Numbered from the stretch's first letter, positions 1 to 9,257 are shown. The stretch: DNA of 64,000 nt from Candidatus Multivoradales bacterium (GCA_965223855.1 CBDCXM010000009.1:96001-160000); one strand, 5' to 3'. Notes: a model not told the origin generated them from the letters alone. A program made the numbers and translations.

Positions 1-586
1 CGGTGTCCGCCGGGACGAGAAAGCAGCTCAAGCCGCGGGTTCCGGCTTCCGGATCCGTAGAGGCGAAGACGGCGTAGACATCGGCGATACCGGCGTTCGA
101 GATCAGCCACTTGCCTCCGTCGAGCACCCAGCCGTCGCCGTCGCGGCGCGCCCGGGTGCGGATCGCACCGACGTCGGAACCGGCTTCGGGCTCGGTCATC
201 GCGAAGGCGGCCATCACCGAGCCGTCGGCGATGCCCGAGAGCCAACGCTCGGCGAGGCCCTGGGACGCCCCCTCGACGAGCGGCCGACCGCCGAGCGCCT
301 GGAGGGCGAACACGGCGTCGGCGAGTGGCGAGCTCCAGGCGAGGCCCTCGCGGATCAGGCAGGCGGCGCGCAGATCGCGCTCGGCTGCGGTGCCGACGAG
401 GGCGTAAGCGCCCCATCCGGCGGCTCCCAACTGACCGAGCACATGGCGCGCCTCGACGCGCGCCGCCTCGTCGTTCTCGGCGGCCGGTCGCCCGTCGAGC
501 GCCTCGGCCGCGAAGCGATCGATGCCGGCGGCGACGGCGGCATGGCCGTCGGAGAGAAACGGCTCGATCGAGCGGACGTCCGGCAT
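1..586 (-). CDS. Acyl-CoA dehydrogenase (5' part; runs off the window start)
   Basis: Manual translation from ATG 586: MPDVRSIEPF...AAFAMTEPEAGSDV...WVLDGGKWLISNAGIAD, which are ACAD motifs. Not in the ORF track. Confidence 0.9.
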   Translation of the reverse strand, partial: MPDVRSIEPFLSDGHAAVAAGIDRFAAEALDGRPAAENDEAARVEARHVLGQLGAAGWGAYALVGTAAERDLRAACLIREGLAWSSPLADAVFALQALGGRPLVEGASQGLAERWLSGIADGSVMAAFAMTEPEAGSDVGAIRTRARRDGDGWVLDGGKWLISNAGIADVYAVFASTDPEAGTRGLSCFLVPADT

Positions 587-589
587 GGC

Positions 590-1393
590 TCAGTCGGCGT
601 CGAAGCGCGGCTCGCGCTTCTCGACGAACGCCTCGTACGCCTCGCGGAAGTTGGGGTCCTCCATACACGCCGCCTGGATCTCGACCTCGGCGGCCATCGC
701 CGACTCGAGGTCCATCGACGCCTCGCGCAGCACCATCTTCTTGGTGATCTCGAGGCCGAACGCCGGGCCGCGGGCGAGACGCTCGGCCCACTCGCGGGCG
801 GTCGCTCGAAGCTCACCATCGTCGACGACCCGGTTGTAGAGCCCGATCCGGTGCGCCTCGGCCGCATCGATGAAGTCGCCGGTCATCAGCAGCTCCATCG
901 CGCGGCCCATGCCGACGATCCGCGGCAGCAGCCACGAAGCGCCCATGTCGGCGCCGGAAAGGCCGACTTTGGTGAAGAGGTAGGCGATGCGAGCTCGCTC
1001 GGAGGCGATCCGCACGTCGCACGCGGTCGCGATCACCGCACCGGCCCCGGCGACGGTACCGTTGAGGGCGCCGACGATCGGCCGCCGGCAGCGCAGCATC
1101 GCCAGGATCACGTCGCCGGTGTTGCGGGTGAACTCGAGCAACCCGCGATAGTCGCGCTCGAAGAGCGCGCCGATGATGTCCTCGACGTCGCCGCCGGAGC
1201 AGAACGCCCTCCCTTCTCCGGTGACGAGGATCGAGCGCACCCCGGGCTCGGTGTCGAGGGCCCGGAAGGTGTCGCGCAGCTCGCGGTAGACCTCGAAGGT
1301 GAGCGCGTTGTAGCGCTCCGGGCGGTCGAGGGTGAGGGTCGCCACGCCGGTGTCGGCGTCGAGTTCGTAGCGGAAGCTGTTCGGTGTCTGCAC
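590..1393 (-). CDS. Enoyl-CoA hydratase/isomerase family protein
   Basis: AFCSGGDV, GALNGTVAGAG, ELLMTGDFIDAAEAHRIGL crotonase motifs. Confidence 0.92.
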   Translation of the reverse strand: MQTPNSFRYELDADTGVATLTLDRPERYNALTFEVYRELRDTFRALDTEPGVRSILVTGEGRAFCSGGDVEDIIGALFERDYRGLLEFTRNTGDVILAMLRCRRPIVGALNGTVAGAGAVIATACDVRIASERARIAYLFTKVGLSGADMGASWLLPRIVGMGRAMELLMTGDFIDAAEAHRIGLYNRVVDDGELRATAREWAERLARGPAFGLEITKKMVLREASMDLESAMAAEVEIQAACMEDPNFREAYEAFVEKREPRFDAD

Positions 1394-1408
1394 GGCGGTT
1401 CCCTCGCG

Positions 1409-1846
1409 CTACTCCGCGTCCGCCGGCAGCACTGCGGTCGCCTCGATCTCGACCAGCGCACCGGGCTCCAGCAGCGCCGCCACCTCGACCAGCGACATTG
1501 CCGGATAGTGGCGGCCGAGGACGGCGCGGTACGCCTCGCCGACGGCGCCGAGCGCCGCCACGTAGGGCTCGCGGTCGACGACGTAGATCGTCAGGCGGCC
1601 GATCGACTCGGGAACCCCTCCCGCCTCGCGGACGACCGTCATCACGTTCTCGAGCGCCTGGGCGAACTGCTCGACGAAGCCGTCGCCGACGAGGTGCTGC
1701 CCGGAGTTCCAGCCGATCTGGCCGGCGACGAAGAGGATCCTCCCGCCAGAAGGGAAGAGCACTCCGTTCGAATAGCCGCGGGGCGCACCGAGCGCCTCGG
1801 GGTTGATCGGGCGGCCCTTCGACAGGCCTTTCGACAGGTCGCTCAA
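1409..1846 (-). CDS. RidA/YjgF family protein
   Basis: GYSNG, FVAGQIGW, YPAMSLVEVAALLEPGALVEIEATA. Confidence 0.9.
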   Translation of the reverse strand: MSDLSKGLSKGRPINPEALGAPRGYSNGVLFPSGGRILFVAGQIGWNSGQHLVGDGFVEQFAQALENVMTVVREAGGVPESIGRLTIYVVDREPYVAALGAVGEAYRAVLGRHYPAMSLVEVAALLEPGALVEIEATAVLPADAE

Positions 1847-1883
1847 TGGACCGGTCCCCCAACGCCCTGCGGCATGCTCGCGC

Positions 1884-2672
1884 TCATGCCTGGATCGACC
1901 CGCCGTCGAGCAGCAGACACTGGCCGTTGATGCCGCCCGAGAGCTCCTCGCACAGCGTCGCCACGAGGAAGGCGACCTCTTCGGAGGTGTAGATGCGCCC
2001 CTGGGGCGACTGCTTCTCGAGCGCCTGGCGCGCCTCCTCGAGCGAGAGGCCGGTCTTGGCCGAGATCTGCTCGAGCGCTCCGTCGACGAGGGCCGTCGCG
2101 ACGTAGCCGGGACAGACGGCGTTGACCGTCACTCCGCTCGCCGCGTACTCCATCGCGATCGCGCGGGTGAAGCCGACGACGGCATGCTTGGTTGCGGCGT
2201 AGGCGGAGATGTAGGGCGCCCCGGCCTTGCCGGCCACCGAAGCGACGTTGATCACCCGGCCCCAGCCGCGCCCAGCCATCGCCGGCAGGAACGCCTGGGT
2301 GCACAGGAAGGTCCCCCGCACGTTGACGGCGAAGAGCTGCTCCCATTCCTCGAGGGCGATCTTCTCCAGGCGCGACGAGCGGGCGATCCCGGCGTTGTTG
2401 ACGAGCACGTCGATCTGCCCGAGCGCCTCGAGCGAGCGGGCATGAAGTCGGGCGACCGACTCCGGATCGGTGACGTCGGCGACGATGCCGTGAGCCTCGG
2501 CGCCGGCCGCGCGCAGCTCCTGTGCAACCGCCTCGACCTCTCCTTCGGAACGGGCGCTCACGACGACCCCCATCCCACGTTCCGCCAGCGCCTGCGCGAC
2601 AGCCGCGCCGATGCCGCGGCCGCCGCCGGTGATGACGGCGTTCTTTGCTCCTCCGTTGCCAGCCTCGGTCAT
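1884..2672 (-). CDS. SDR family oxidoreductase (3-hydroxyacyl-CoA dehydrogenase-like)
   Basis: TGGGRGIG, NNAG, YAATK, VNAVCPGYV. Confidence 0.92.
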   Translation of the reverse strand: MTEAGNGGAKNAVITGGGRGIGAAVAQALAERGMGVVVSARSEGEVEAVAQELRAAGAEAHGIVADVTDPESVARLHARSLEALGQIDVLVNNAGIARSSRLEKIALEEWEQLFAVNVRGTFLCTQAFLPAMAGRGWGRVINVASVAGKAGAPYISAYAATKHAVVGFTRAIAMEYAASGVTVNAVCPGYVATALVDGALEQISAKTGLSLEEARQALEKQSPQGRIYTSEEVAFLVATLCEELSGGINGQCLLLDGGSIQA

Positions 2673-2738
2673 GGCGCAAAGGTAGAGGCGGCCGGAAAGG
2701 GTGTCAAGGCCGCTGTCGCCTCTCCGGCGGGCGCGACG

Positions 2739-3482
2739 TCACTCGAGCGCCTGGAGGACGGCGTCTTCGAGGATCGCACCGAGCTCGGAGACCGTGTCGC
2801 GCCCCTCGCCAGGGGTCGCCTTCGCCGGGTCGCCGAAGTAGGCATCGGGGCCACCGGCGTCCGAAAACGTCTTGTGACCGTCGCGAATCGCCTTCGACAG
2901 CGAGACGTTGTTGGCAGCCAGGGTCCGCCGGATCGCACCGCGTACCAGGTCGGGACGCTCGGAGAGCACGACCGACGTCTCGTAGCAGCCGGCGTGACAG
3001 GCGCCCGACTTGAACTCGTCGGTCAGGCGCAGCGCCCACGGCTTGAGCGTCAGGTCGGGGAAGGCGACGGTGACTCTCAGCTCCCGCAGCTGCTCGACCG
3101 CCGAGTGAATCGACCCGAGATGTGCCGGGTCAAGGTGAGCGTTGGCGATCGCCAGGCACCGCGCCTGCGGCGCGACCGCGACCCCGATGTCGCGAATCAG
3201 CGCCGCGATCGTGTCGGGCCGCACCGAGATGGTGCCGACGAACTCGCGCGCGAACGGCGCAGCCGAGTAGTCGAGCGCCGGCAGTACCAACGCGGCGTGA
3301 CCGCGCCGCTCGAGGCGCTTCGCCGCCTCGTGAGACATCGCCTTGGCGATGATGCCGTCGGTCACCAGCGGCAGATGGGGGCCATGCGCTTCGACGGCTC
3401 CCAGCGGAAGGATCGCCACCAGCCCGGCGCGCCGCCGGGTGGCGACCTCACGGTAGGTGCGTTCTCCCCACGAGCGGCCCAT
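2739..3482 (-). CDS. Creatininase-family amidohydrolase
   Basis: LPLGAVEAHGPHLPLVTD, NAH and HAGCYETS metal-binding motifs. Confidence 0.88.
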   Translation of the reverse strand: MGRSWGERTYREVATRRRAGLVAILPLGAVEAHGPHLPLVTDGIIAKAMSHEAAKRLERRGHAALVLPALDYSAAPFAREFVGTISVRPDTIAALIRDIGVAVAPQARCLAIANAHLDPAHLGSIHSAVEQLRELRVTVAFPDLTLKPWALRLTDEFKSGACHAGCYETSVVLSERPDLVRGAIRRTLAANNVSLSKAIRDGHKTFSDAGGPDAYFGDPAKATPGEGRDTVSELGAILEDAVLQALE

Positions 3483-3607
3483 CGAGCGGCGAGGCTACCA
3501 CCGCAATCTGACGCCTCCATCGCAGCTTGCGCAAACGCGTGCTACCCTCGAAATTCGGCGATCGGACCCGGTCGCCCCCTCTAGATATCCGCCAGGAGAT
3601 CCCCGCC

Positions 3608-4990
3608 ATGATGGTTCGTCTGTCGCTTTCCCGGCCGCTGGTGCCCTTCTGTCTCGCCGCGGCGCTGCTCCTTGCCGCCCTGCCCGCCGATGCCTGCCTG
3701 CTGGCGGAGCGCCTCCGGGTCGTCGCCCCGTCGCTGACGGAGGAAGAGATCGAGGCGATCGCGCACGGCAACATGGCCTACGACCCCATCCCGTACGACT
3801 TCTCGGGCGGCCCCATGCTCTGCGTCGACGGCGAAGTCGACATCTTCGACTGCAACAACATCGATCTCTACGCCTTCTTCCCGCCGAGCTCGATCGGCGG
3901 CGGCGGGGGCACCGACCTGTGGGGTTGGACCGACCCGATGACCGGCAGCGAGTACGCGATGCTCGCCCGCACCAACGGGACGGCGTTCGTCAACGTCACC
4001 GACCCGGCCAACCCGGTCTACCTCGGCAACCTGCCGTCGCACAGCGGCACCTCTTCCTGGCGCGACATCAAGGTCTACTCGAACCACGCCTACATCGTCG
4101 CCGACGGTCAGCCGCACGGCATGCAGGTGTTCGACCTCACGCAGCTGCGCACCGTCAGCTCGCCACCGGTGACCTTCAGTGCGACCAACCACTACGCCGG
4201 CTTCGGCAGCGCCCACAACATCGTGATCAACGAAGACACGGGCTTCGCCTACGCCGTCGGTTCGAGCGTGTGTTCCGGTGGTCTCGAGATGGTCGATCTC
4301 TCCGACCCGCTCAACCCGGTCGATGCCGGATGCTTCTCCGCGGACGGCTACACCCATGACGCCCAGTGCGTGATCTATGACGGTCCCGACGCCGACCACG
4401 TCGGCAGCGAGCTGTGCTTCGCCAGCAACGAGGACACCGTGACGGTCGTCGACGTGACGAACAAGTCGGCCCCGGCGCAGCTCTCACGCGAGGGCTATGC
4501 CGGCTCGGGCTACACCCATCAGGGCTGGCTGACCGAGGACCATCGCTACTTCGTCCACGACGACGAGTTCGACGAGTCGTTCGGCGGCCACAACACCCGC
4601 ACCTACGTCTGGGACATGCTCGACATCGACAACCCTGTGCTCGCCGGCTTCTGGGACGCCGCGGGGAGCGCCATCGACCACAACCAGTACATCGTCGGCA
4701 ACCGCACCTACCAGGCGAACTACCGCCGCGGCCTGCGGGTGCTCGAGATGACCGACCCGTCGACAGCCTCGTTCACCGAGATCGCCTTCTTCGACTCCTA
4801 TCCCGAGCAGGACGGCAACGGCTCCGAGGGTGCGTGGAGCGTCTACCCGTTCTTCGACAGCGGCACGCTGATCCTGAGCGATCGCTCGCGCGGTCTCTTC
4901 ATCCTCAGGATGCGCAATCTCGAGCCGGAGATCTTCGACGACGGCTTCGAGTCGGGCGACACCTCGGCCTGGACTTCCGCCGTTCCCTGA
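3608..4990 (+). CDS. Secreted choice-of-anchor B / LVIVD-repeat beta-propeller protein
   Basis: RBS AGGAG at 3594 and a signal peptide; DLWGWTDP, SSWRDIKVY, YTHDAQC, YTHQGWLTED, GAWSVYPFFDSG; C-terminal IFDDGFESGDTSAW tag. Confidence 0.85.
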   Translation: MMVRLSLSRPLVPFCLAAALLLAALPADACLLAERLRVVAPSLTEEEIEAIAHGNMAYDPIPYDFSGGPMLCVDGEVDIFDCNNIDLYAFFPPSSIGGGGGTDLWGWTDPMTGSEYAMLARTNGTAFVNVTDPANPVYLGNLPSHSGTSSWRDIKVYSNHAYIVADGQPHGMQVFDLTQLRTVSSPPVTFSATNHYAGFGSAHNIVINEDTGFAYAVGSSVCSGGLEMVDLSDPLNPVDAGCFSADGYTHDAQCVIYDGPDADHVGSELCFASNEDTVTVVDVTNKSAPAQLSREGYAGSGYTHQGWLTEDHRYFVHDDEFDESFGGHNTRTYVWDMLDIDNPVLAGFWDAAGSAIDHNQYIVGNRTYQANYRRGLRVLEMTDPSTASFTEIAFFDSYPEQDGNGSEGAWSVYPFFDSGTLILSDRSRGLFILRMRNLEPEIFDDGFESGDTSAWTSAVP

Positions 4991-5100
4991 TTCAGCCGGG
5001 AGCCCTTCTCTTTCGGCGGTGCACCGCTCTTCAAAGACCTCGCTTCTGTGAGGTCGGGGAAAGAGGTTGCTTGCAGTCTGTCTGCAACGAGCTGCGCCCT

Positions 5101-5252
5101 GAGCGCGGGTCCCCCTCCACCCCGCGCTCGGTAGACCGCATCCTGCCTGCAGCAGGTGGAATCTCCCGAGTGAGCAGCAACCCCCTACCCGGCCCTGACG
5201 TCGCACGTCTCGTAAGCACGGCCGGGCGTGGGGCGGAGGGGGACCCGCGCCC
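5101..5252. repeat. 23-bp imperfect inverted repeat enclosing internal hairpins (candidate ncRNA or MITE)
   Basis: Arms 5101-5123 and 5230-5252 are complementary at 21/23 positions; both mismatches become G-U pairs on the minus strand. Confidence 0.7.
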
Positions 5253-5394
5253 GGGGGTCTGATCGTCCTGCTACCGGAGACCGGGTACCGGTGAGAGTCA
5301 AGCCCCCGCCTGAGTCCGGTCGCCGCAACTGCGGTCGAGGACCGCTTCCCGTGTACCTCACAGTTCTCGCCTCGACACGACGACGCGAGGCTCG

Positions 5395-5400
5395 TACGAT
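5395..5400 (+). promoter_or_regulatory. Putative -10 element (TACGAT) of a leaderless kynA transcript
   Basis: TANNNT hexamer 6 nt before ATG 5407; no Shine-Dalgarno. Confidence 0.45.
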
Positions 5401-5406
5401 GACCTC

Positions 5407-6213
5407 ATGCCGTTCAAAGAGGGCAGTTCCCAGCCGCTGACCTATTCGAGCTACCTCAAGGTCGAGGAGTTGCTGGAGTTGCAGCAGCCGCTGTCGGACG
5501 GTCCGGAGCACGACGAGATGCTCTTCATCGTCATCCATCAGGTGTACGAGCTGTGGTTCCGGCAGGTGCTCCACGAACTGGAGGAGCTCGGCCGGAGGCT
5601 CGCTGCCGGCGAGTCGGCTCTCGCGCTGGCGACGCTCAAGCGGGTGTTGACGATCTTCAAGACCCTCGTCGCCCAGGTCGACGTGCTCGAGACGATGACA
5701 CCGGTGTCGTTCAACTCGTTCCGCAGCCGGCTCGAGTCGGCGAGCGGCTTCCAGTCGGTGCAGTTCCGGGAGGTCGAGTTCCTGCTCGGCGCCAAGCAGC
5801 CGAAGGCGGTGGAGCACTACCCCGAAGGGAGCCGCGGCAGGAGGAAGCTGACGAGGCGCCTTGCGGAGCCCAGCTTGTGGGACGCGTTCCTCCGCTACCT
5901 CGCGCACAAGGGGCACGCCGTACCCGCAGAGCTGCTCGAGCGCGATGTCCGACAGCCGACCGAGCCGTCGCCCGAAGTGCAGACGGCACTGCTGGCGATC
6001 TACCGCGAGCACCCGGTGCAGAGCATGGTCTGCGAGCGCCTGATCGATCTCGACGAAGGGCTCCAGGAGTGGCGCTACCGTCACGTCAAGATGGTCGAGC
6101 GCACGATCGGCGCGAAGGTGGGTACGGGCGGCTCGGCGGGCGCCGACTACCTCCGCTCGACGCTCTTCCGGCCGATCTTCCCCGACCTGTGGGAGATCCG
6201 CTCGCAGCTATGA
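5407..6213 (+). CDS. kynA: Tryptophan 2,3-dioxygenase
   Basis: HDEMLFIVIHQVYELWF, ASGFQSVQFREVEF, WRYRHVKMVERTIGAKVGTGGSAG. Confidence 0.95.
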   Translation: MPFKEGSSQPLTYSSYLKVEELLELQQPLSDGPEHDEMLFIVIHQVYELWFRQVLHELEELGRRLAAGESALALATLKRVLTIFKTLVAQVDVLETMTPVSFNSFRSRLESASGFQSVQFREVEFLLGAKQPKAVEHYPEGSRGRRKLTRRLAEPSLWDAFLRYLAHKGHAVPAELLERDVRQPTEPSPEVQTALLAIYREHPVQSMVCERLIDLDEGLQEWRYRHVKMVERTIGAKVGTGGSAGADYLRSTLFRPIFPDLWEIRSQL

Positions 6214-7421
6214 CGTTCTCGGTCGACGAGCTGCTGGCGGATCGCAACCCGCTGGCCGATCACTACCGCCGGTTCCGGGTCGAGGAGCGCTGTCTGCTGT
6301 CCGGCCACAGCCATCAGGCCTGGCCCGACTGCGGTCTCGAAGGGCAGCAGCAGGCGTGGCTCGACGCCGCAGAACACGTCGACGACAAGTGGGCACGCGC
6401 GTTCGAGCAGGCCGACCGGGTACGAGCCGGCTACCGACGCCTGCTCGACGACCCGGACGGCCATTACTCACTGGCCGCCAACACTCACGATCTGCTGGTG
6501 CGGCTGCTCTCGGCTCTACCGATCGCCGAGCGGCCGCGTTTCGTCACGACCGACGGTGAGTTCTACTCGATGCGCCGCCAGTTCGATCGGCTGGCCGAAG
6601 AAGGCATCGAGATCGTTCGTGTGCCGGCGCTTCCAGCCGCCACCGTGGGCGAGCGTCTCGCCGCCGAAGTGGACGAGGGCACCGCCGCGGTCTTCACCTC
6701 GACGGTGTTCTTCGGCAGCGCCCACATCGCCGGCGACCTGACACCCGTGGCCGAGGCGTGCCGGCGGCACGGCTCGATCCTCGTTCTCGACGTCTATCAC
6801 CAGCTCGCTGTCGTCCCGTTCTCGCTCGCCGAGCGCGACCTTCTCGACGCGTACGTCGTGAGCGCCGGCTACAAGTACTGCCAGCTCGGTGAAGGCAACG
6901 CGTTCCTGCGCTTCCCGCGGGACTGTGCTCTGCGGCCGGTCGTCACCGGCTGGTTCGCCGAGTTCGGCGATCTGACCGCGGCCCATGGCGACGAGGTGCG
7001 CTACAACGCGGCCGACGACCGCTTCGCCGGAGCGACCTACGATCCGACGAGTCACTACCGAGGCGCGGCGGTCTTCTCCTTCTTCGACCGCCACGGGCTC
7101 AGCGCGGAGTTCCTGCGTGCCGTCAACCGCGAACAGGTGGGCTTGCTGTGCGAAGGCTTCGACGCGCTCGCCCTCGACCCGCGCCTGATCACCCGCGATC
7201 TCGAGCTCGAGCCCGAAGGGCGAGGAGGCTTTCTCGCGCTGACTTCGCCGCTGGCCGGCGACTTCTGTGCCGGCCTCAAGCGGCGAGGGGTGTGGACCGA
7301 CTTCCGCAACGACGTGCTGCGACTCGGGCCGGCGCCCTATGTCAGCCGTTCGCAGCTCGGACACGCGATCGAGGCTCTCGGCGCGGTGGCACGGGACGTC
7401 AGTCGGTCGCAGACCGCCTGA
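6210..7421 (+). CDS. kynU: Kynureninase (PLP-dependent, class V)
   Basis: ATGA overlap with kynA; GHSHQAWP, DVYH, YKYCQLGEG, PVVTGWF, DFRNDVLRLGPAPY. Confidence 0.85.
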   Translation: MTFSVDELLADRNPLADHYRRFRVEERCLLSGHSHQAWPDCGLEGQQQAWLDAAEHVDDKWARAFEQADRVRAGYRRLLDDPDGHYSLAANTHDLLVRLLSALPIAERPRFVTTDGEFYSMRRQFDRLAEEGIEIVRVPALPAATVGERLAAEVDEGTAAVFTSTVFFGSAHIAGDLTPVAEACRRHGSILVLDVYHQLAVVPFSLAERDLLDAYVVSAGYKYCQLGEGNAFLRFPRDCALRPVVTGWFAEFGDLTAAHGDEVRYNAADDRFAGATYDPTSHYRGAAVFSFFDRHGLSAEFLRAVNREQVGLLCEGFDALALDPRLITRDLELEPEGRGGFLALTSPLAGDFCAGLKRRGVWTDFRNDVLRLGPAPYVSRSQLGHAIEALGAVARDVSRSQTA

Positions 7422-7920
7422 AGCCGCGGCGCGCGAGCAGCCGTTCCAACCGGCCGCCCAGTCCCGGGCCGAGGAGCTCCTCCGCGGCGCGCGTGACTCC
7501 CGACAGGGCGCGTCGCACGCCACCGCTACCGCTCCAGTGCCGCTCGGCATGCGCCTCTAGGTCGTCGCCCAGCGCCTGGGAGAGGACGACCGCGGCCAGC
7601 ACGAGATCCTCCAGATAACCTCCGGCGCCGACGATCATCTCGGGGAAGAGATCGACCGGCAGCACGAAATAGGCGAGGGCGCCGCCCAGCAACCGCCGGG
7701 TATCGGCGGGAACCGACCGATCGAGTGTCAGACGCACCAGCAGGATGAAGACGTCGGGCACGAGCATCAGCGCCTCCGCCGCCGCTCCTCCCCACGAAGC
7801 GCGATCGGCGAGCTGGCGGGCGATGCGGTCTCTCAGCCGGTCGTAGAAGCCGAGCAGCGCTTCCCGGTCCCCCTCTTGGGGGCCGAGCTCTGTCAGGGTT
7901 GTCGAGTTCTGTCGTGTCAT
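7399..7920 (-). CDS. YkvA/DUF1232 family membrane protein
   Basis: ALAYFVLPVDLFPE...GYLEDL motif; ATG 7920 overlaps the upstream stop. Confidence 0.8.
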   Translation of the reverse strand: MTRQNSTTLTELGPQEGDREALLGFYDRLRDRIARQLADRASWGGAAAEALMLVPDVFILLVRLTLDRSVPADTRRLLGGALAYFVLPVDLFPEMIVGAGGYLEDLVLAAVVLSQALGDDLEAHAERHWSGSGGVRRALSGVTRAAEELLGPGLGGRLERLLARRGFRRSATD

Positions 7921-9257
7921 CCGATCGCTGCCGCGAGGATGGCGGCGAGCCAGGCGGCCGCCAGGGTGCTCAGTAGGTTGACTCCCTCGTTGTCGAGGGC
8001 GCCGTGCCTCTCGAGTGTCCCACCGAGAAGGCTGTCGAGCCAAGCGCCGGCGATCCCGGCAACGGCCACGACCACGCCCTGACCAGGCCGCAGCAGCCCC
8101 CCGGAGACCGCCAGAGCGGCGATCGCGAGAGCTGCCAGACAGGTCACCAGCGATCCTGCAATCGACACCCCGCCATCGGTGCCCGGCTCGACCCTGGCGC
8201 CGTCAGGCAACCGACGGGTCACACCGGCGACGACGCGTCCGACCTCGCCGCCCAGGGTGTCGGCCGTCGCAGCCGCCAGCGCCGCGACACAGGCGAGCGT
8301 GCCCCAACTGCCCCGTCCGGCCGCAGCCACCACGCCGCAAGCGGCGGCGACCACTCCGTTGGCGATGACGTTGCGAACGCCGCGAGTCGAGGGCGCCGTC
8401 GCCGCACCTGCCCTCCCCTTTCGAGCACGCCTCCATCGGGTCGCGACGGTTCCGGTGACGACGAACGTCAGCAGCAGCCCGAAGCCGACCCAGCCCGTAC
8501 CGGCGGCGATGCCGGCGGCTACGACCGCTCCGAGGGCAGCGCCACCGAGGCTCAACGCGCCCGAAATGGCGGCTCCCACTGCACCGAGTCCTATCGCGAT
8601 AGCGAGACCGACCGTCAGCGAGCTCGCGAAAGCTCCCTCCGCCGGCCCGTCGAGAGCCATGAGGACCAGATAGAGAGCGACCGCACCGAGCACGGTGACG
8701 GAGACGTTGTCGTCCATCCGCCAGGGGAGCGACTCGAGGACGGCCGCCACGACGGCGACGGCCAGGAAGCCGGCTGCCAGACCCCCGGAAGGCTCGAGTA
8801 GAGGGTCGCTCCAACACACGAGGAGCCAGAGCACGGGCCAGCTCACGACGACGAAGGCGACCAGACCGACCCAGCTCTTCGATCGGTTCCAGGGCAGCGA
8901 CCGCCCGCCCCACCGGCGGCCGATCAGGGTCGCGGCGGCGTCGCCGAACGCCAGCAGCCCCCAGGCGCCGGCCAGCACCTCCGGTCGGCCGGGGGTGGCG
9001 ACGGCCACCACCAGCAGGGAGACCGGATAGAGGAGGATGCCGCCGCCGATCCCGACAGCCCACTCTCCGGGGCGCCAGAGCTCGCTGCCGAAGAGCCTCG
9101 GCAGCAGCCACAGGTTGAACAGCACCAGCGCCGCCGCCAGAGCGATCGACCCCGCGTAGCCGAGATCCCGAACGGCGAGCGCCAGCACGCCGGGGGCGAG
9201 GTGGAGCCACTTGCGCAGACGCTCCGACGGGGCCGCCGAGGCGTCCGCGGAGCTCAC
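7917..9257 (-). CDS. Phytol/dolichol-kinase-like + DUF92 (TMEM19/VTE6-like) fusion membrane protein
   Basis: N half: RKWLH, GDAAATLIGRRWG, KSWVG, ES..DDN. C half: RGVRNVIANG, ATADTLGGEVG, PGTDGGVSIAG, DSLLGGTLE, NEGVN. Start taken as the GTG overlapping the upstream TGA. Confidence 0.78.
   Translation of the reverse strand: MSSADASAAPSERLRKWLHLAPGVLALAVRDLGYAGSIALAAALVLFNLWLLPRLFGSELWRPGEWAVGIGGGILLYPVSLLVVAVATPGRPEVLAGAWGLLAFGDAAATLIGRRWGGRSLPWNRSKSWVGLVAFVVVSWPVLWLLVCWSDPLLEPSGGLAAGFLAVAVVAAVLESLPWRMDDNVSVTVLGAVALYLVLMALDGPAEGAFASSLTVGLAIAIGLGAVGAAISGALSLGGAALGAVVAAGIAAGTGWVGFGLLLTFVVTGTVATRWRRARKGRAGAATAPSTRGVRNVIANGVVAAACGVVAAAGRGSWGTLACVAALAAATADTLGGEVGRVVAGVTRRLPDGARVEPGTDGGVSIAGSLVTCLAALAIAALAVSGGLLRPGQGVVVAVAGIAGAWLDSLLGGTLERHGALDNEGVNLLSTLAAAWLAAILAAAIG

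Noticed and set aside
4985-5035. Glycine-riboswitch-like words on the minus strand (GAAGAG..CCGAAAGAG..TCAGG)
   Set aside because: Only a partial single-aptamer resemblance; it points into the 3' end of a convergent gene with no downstream target
5031-5219. 62-aa ORF as a type I toxin or leader peptide in the structured element
   Set aside because: Not hydrophobic, no Trp-rich leader, no RBS
5101-5252. Retron msr-msd-like architecture
   Set aside because: No reverse transcriptase anywhere in the window
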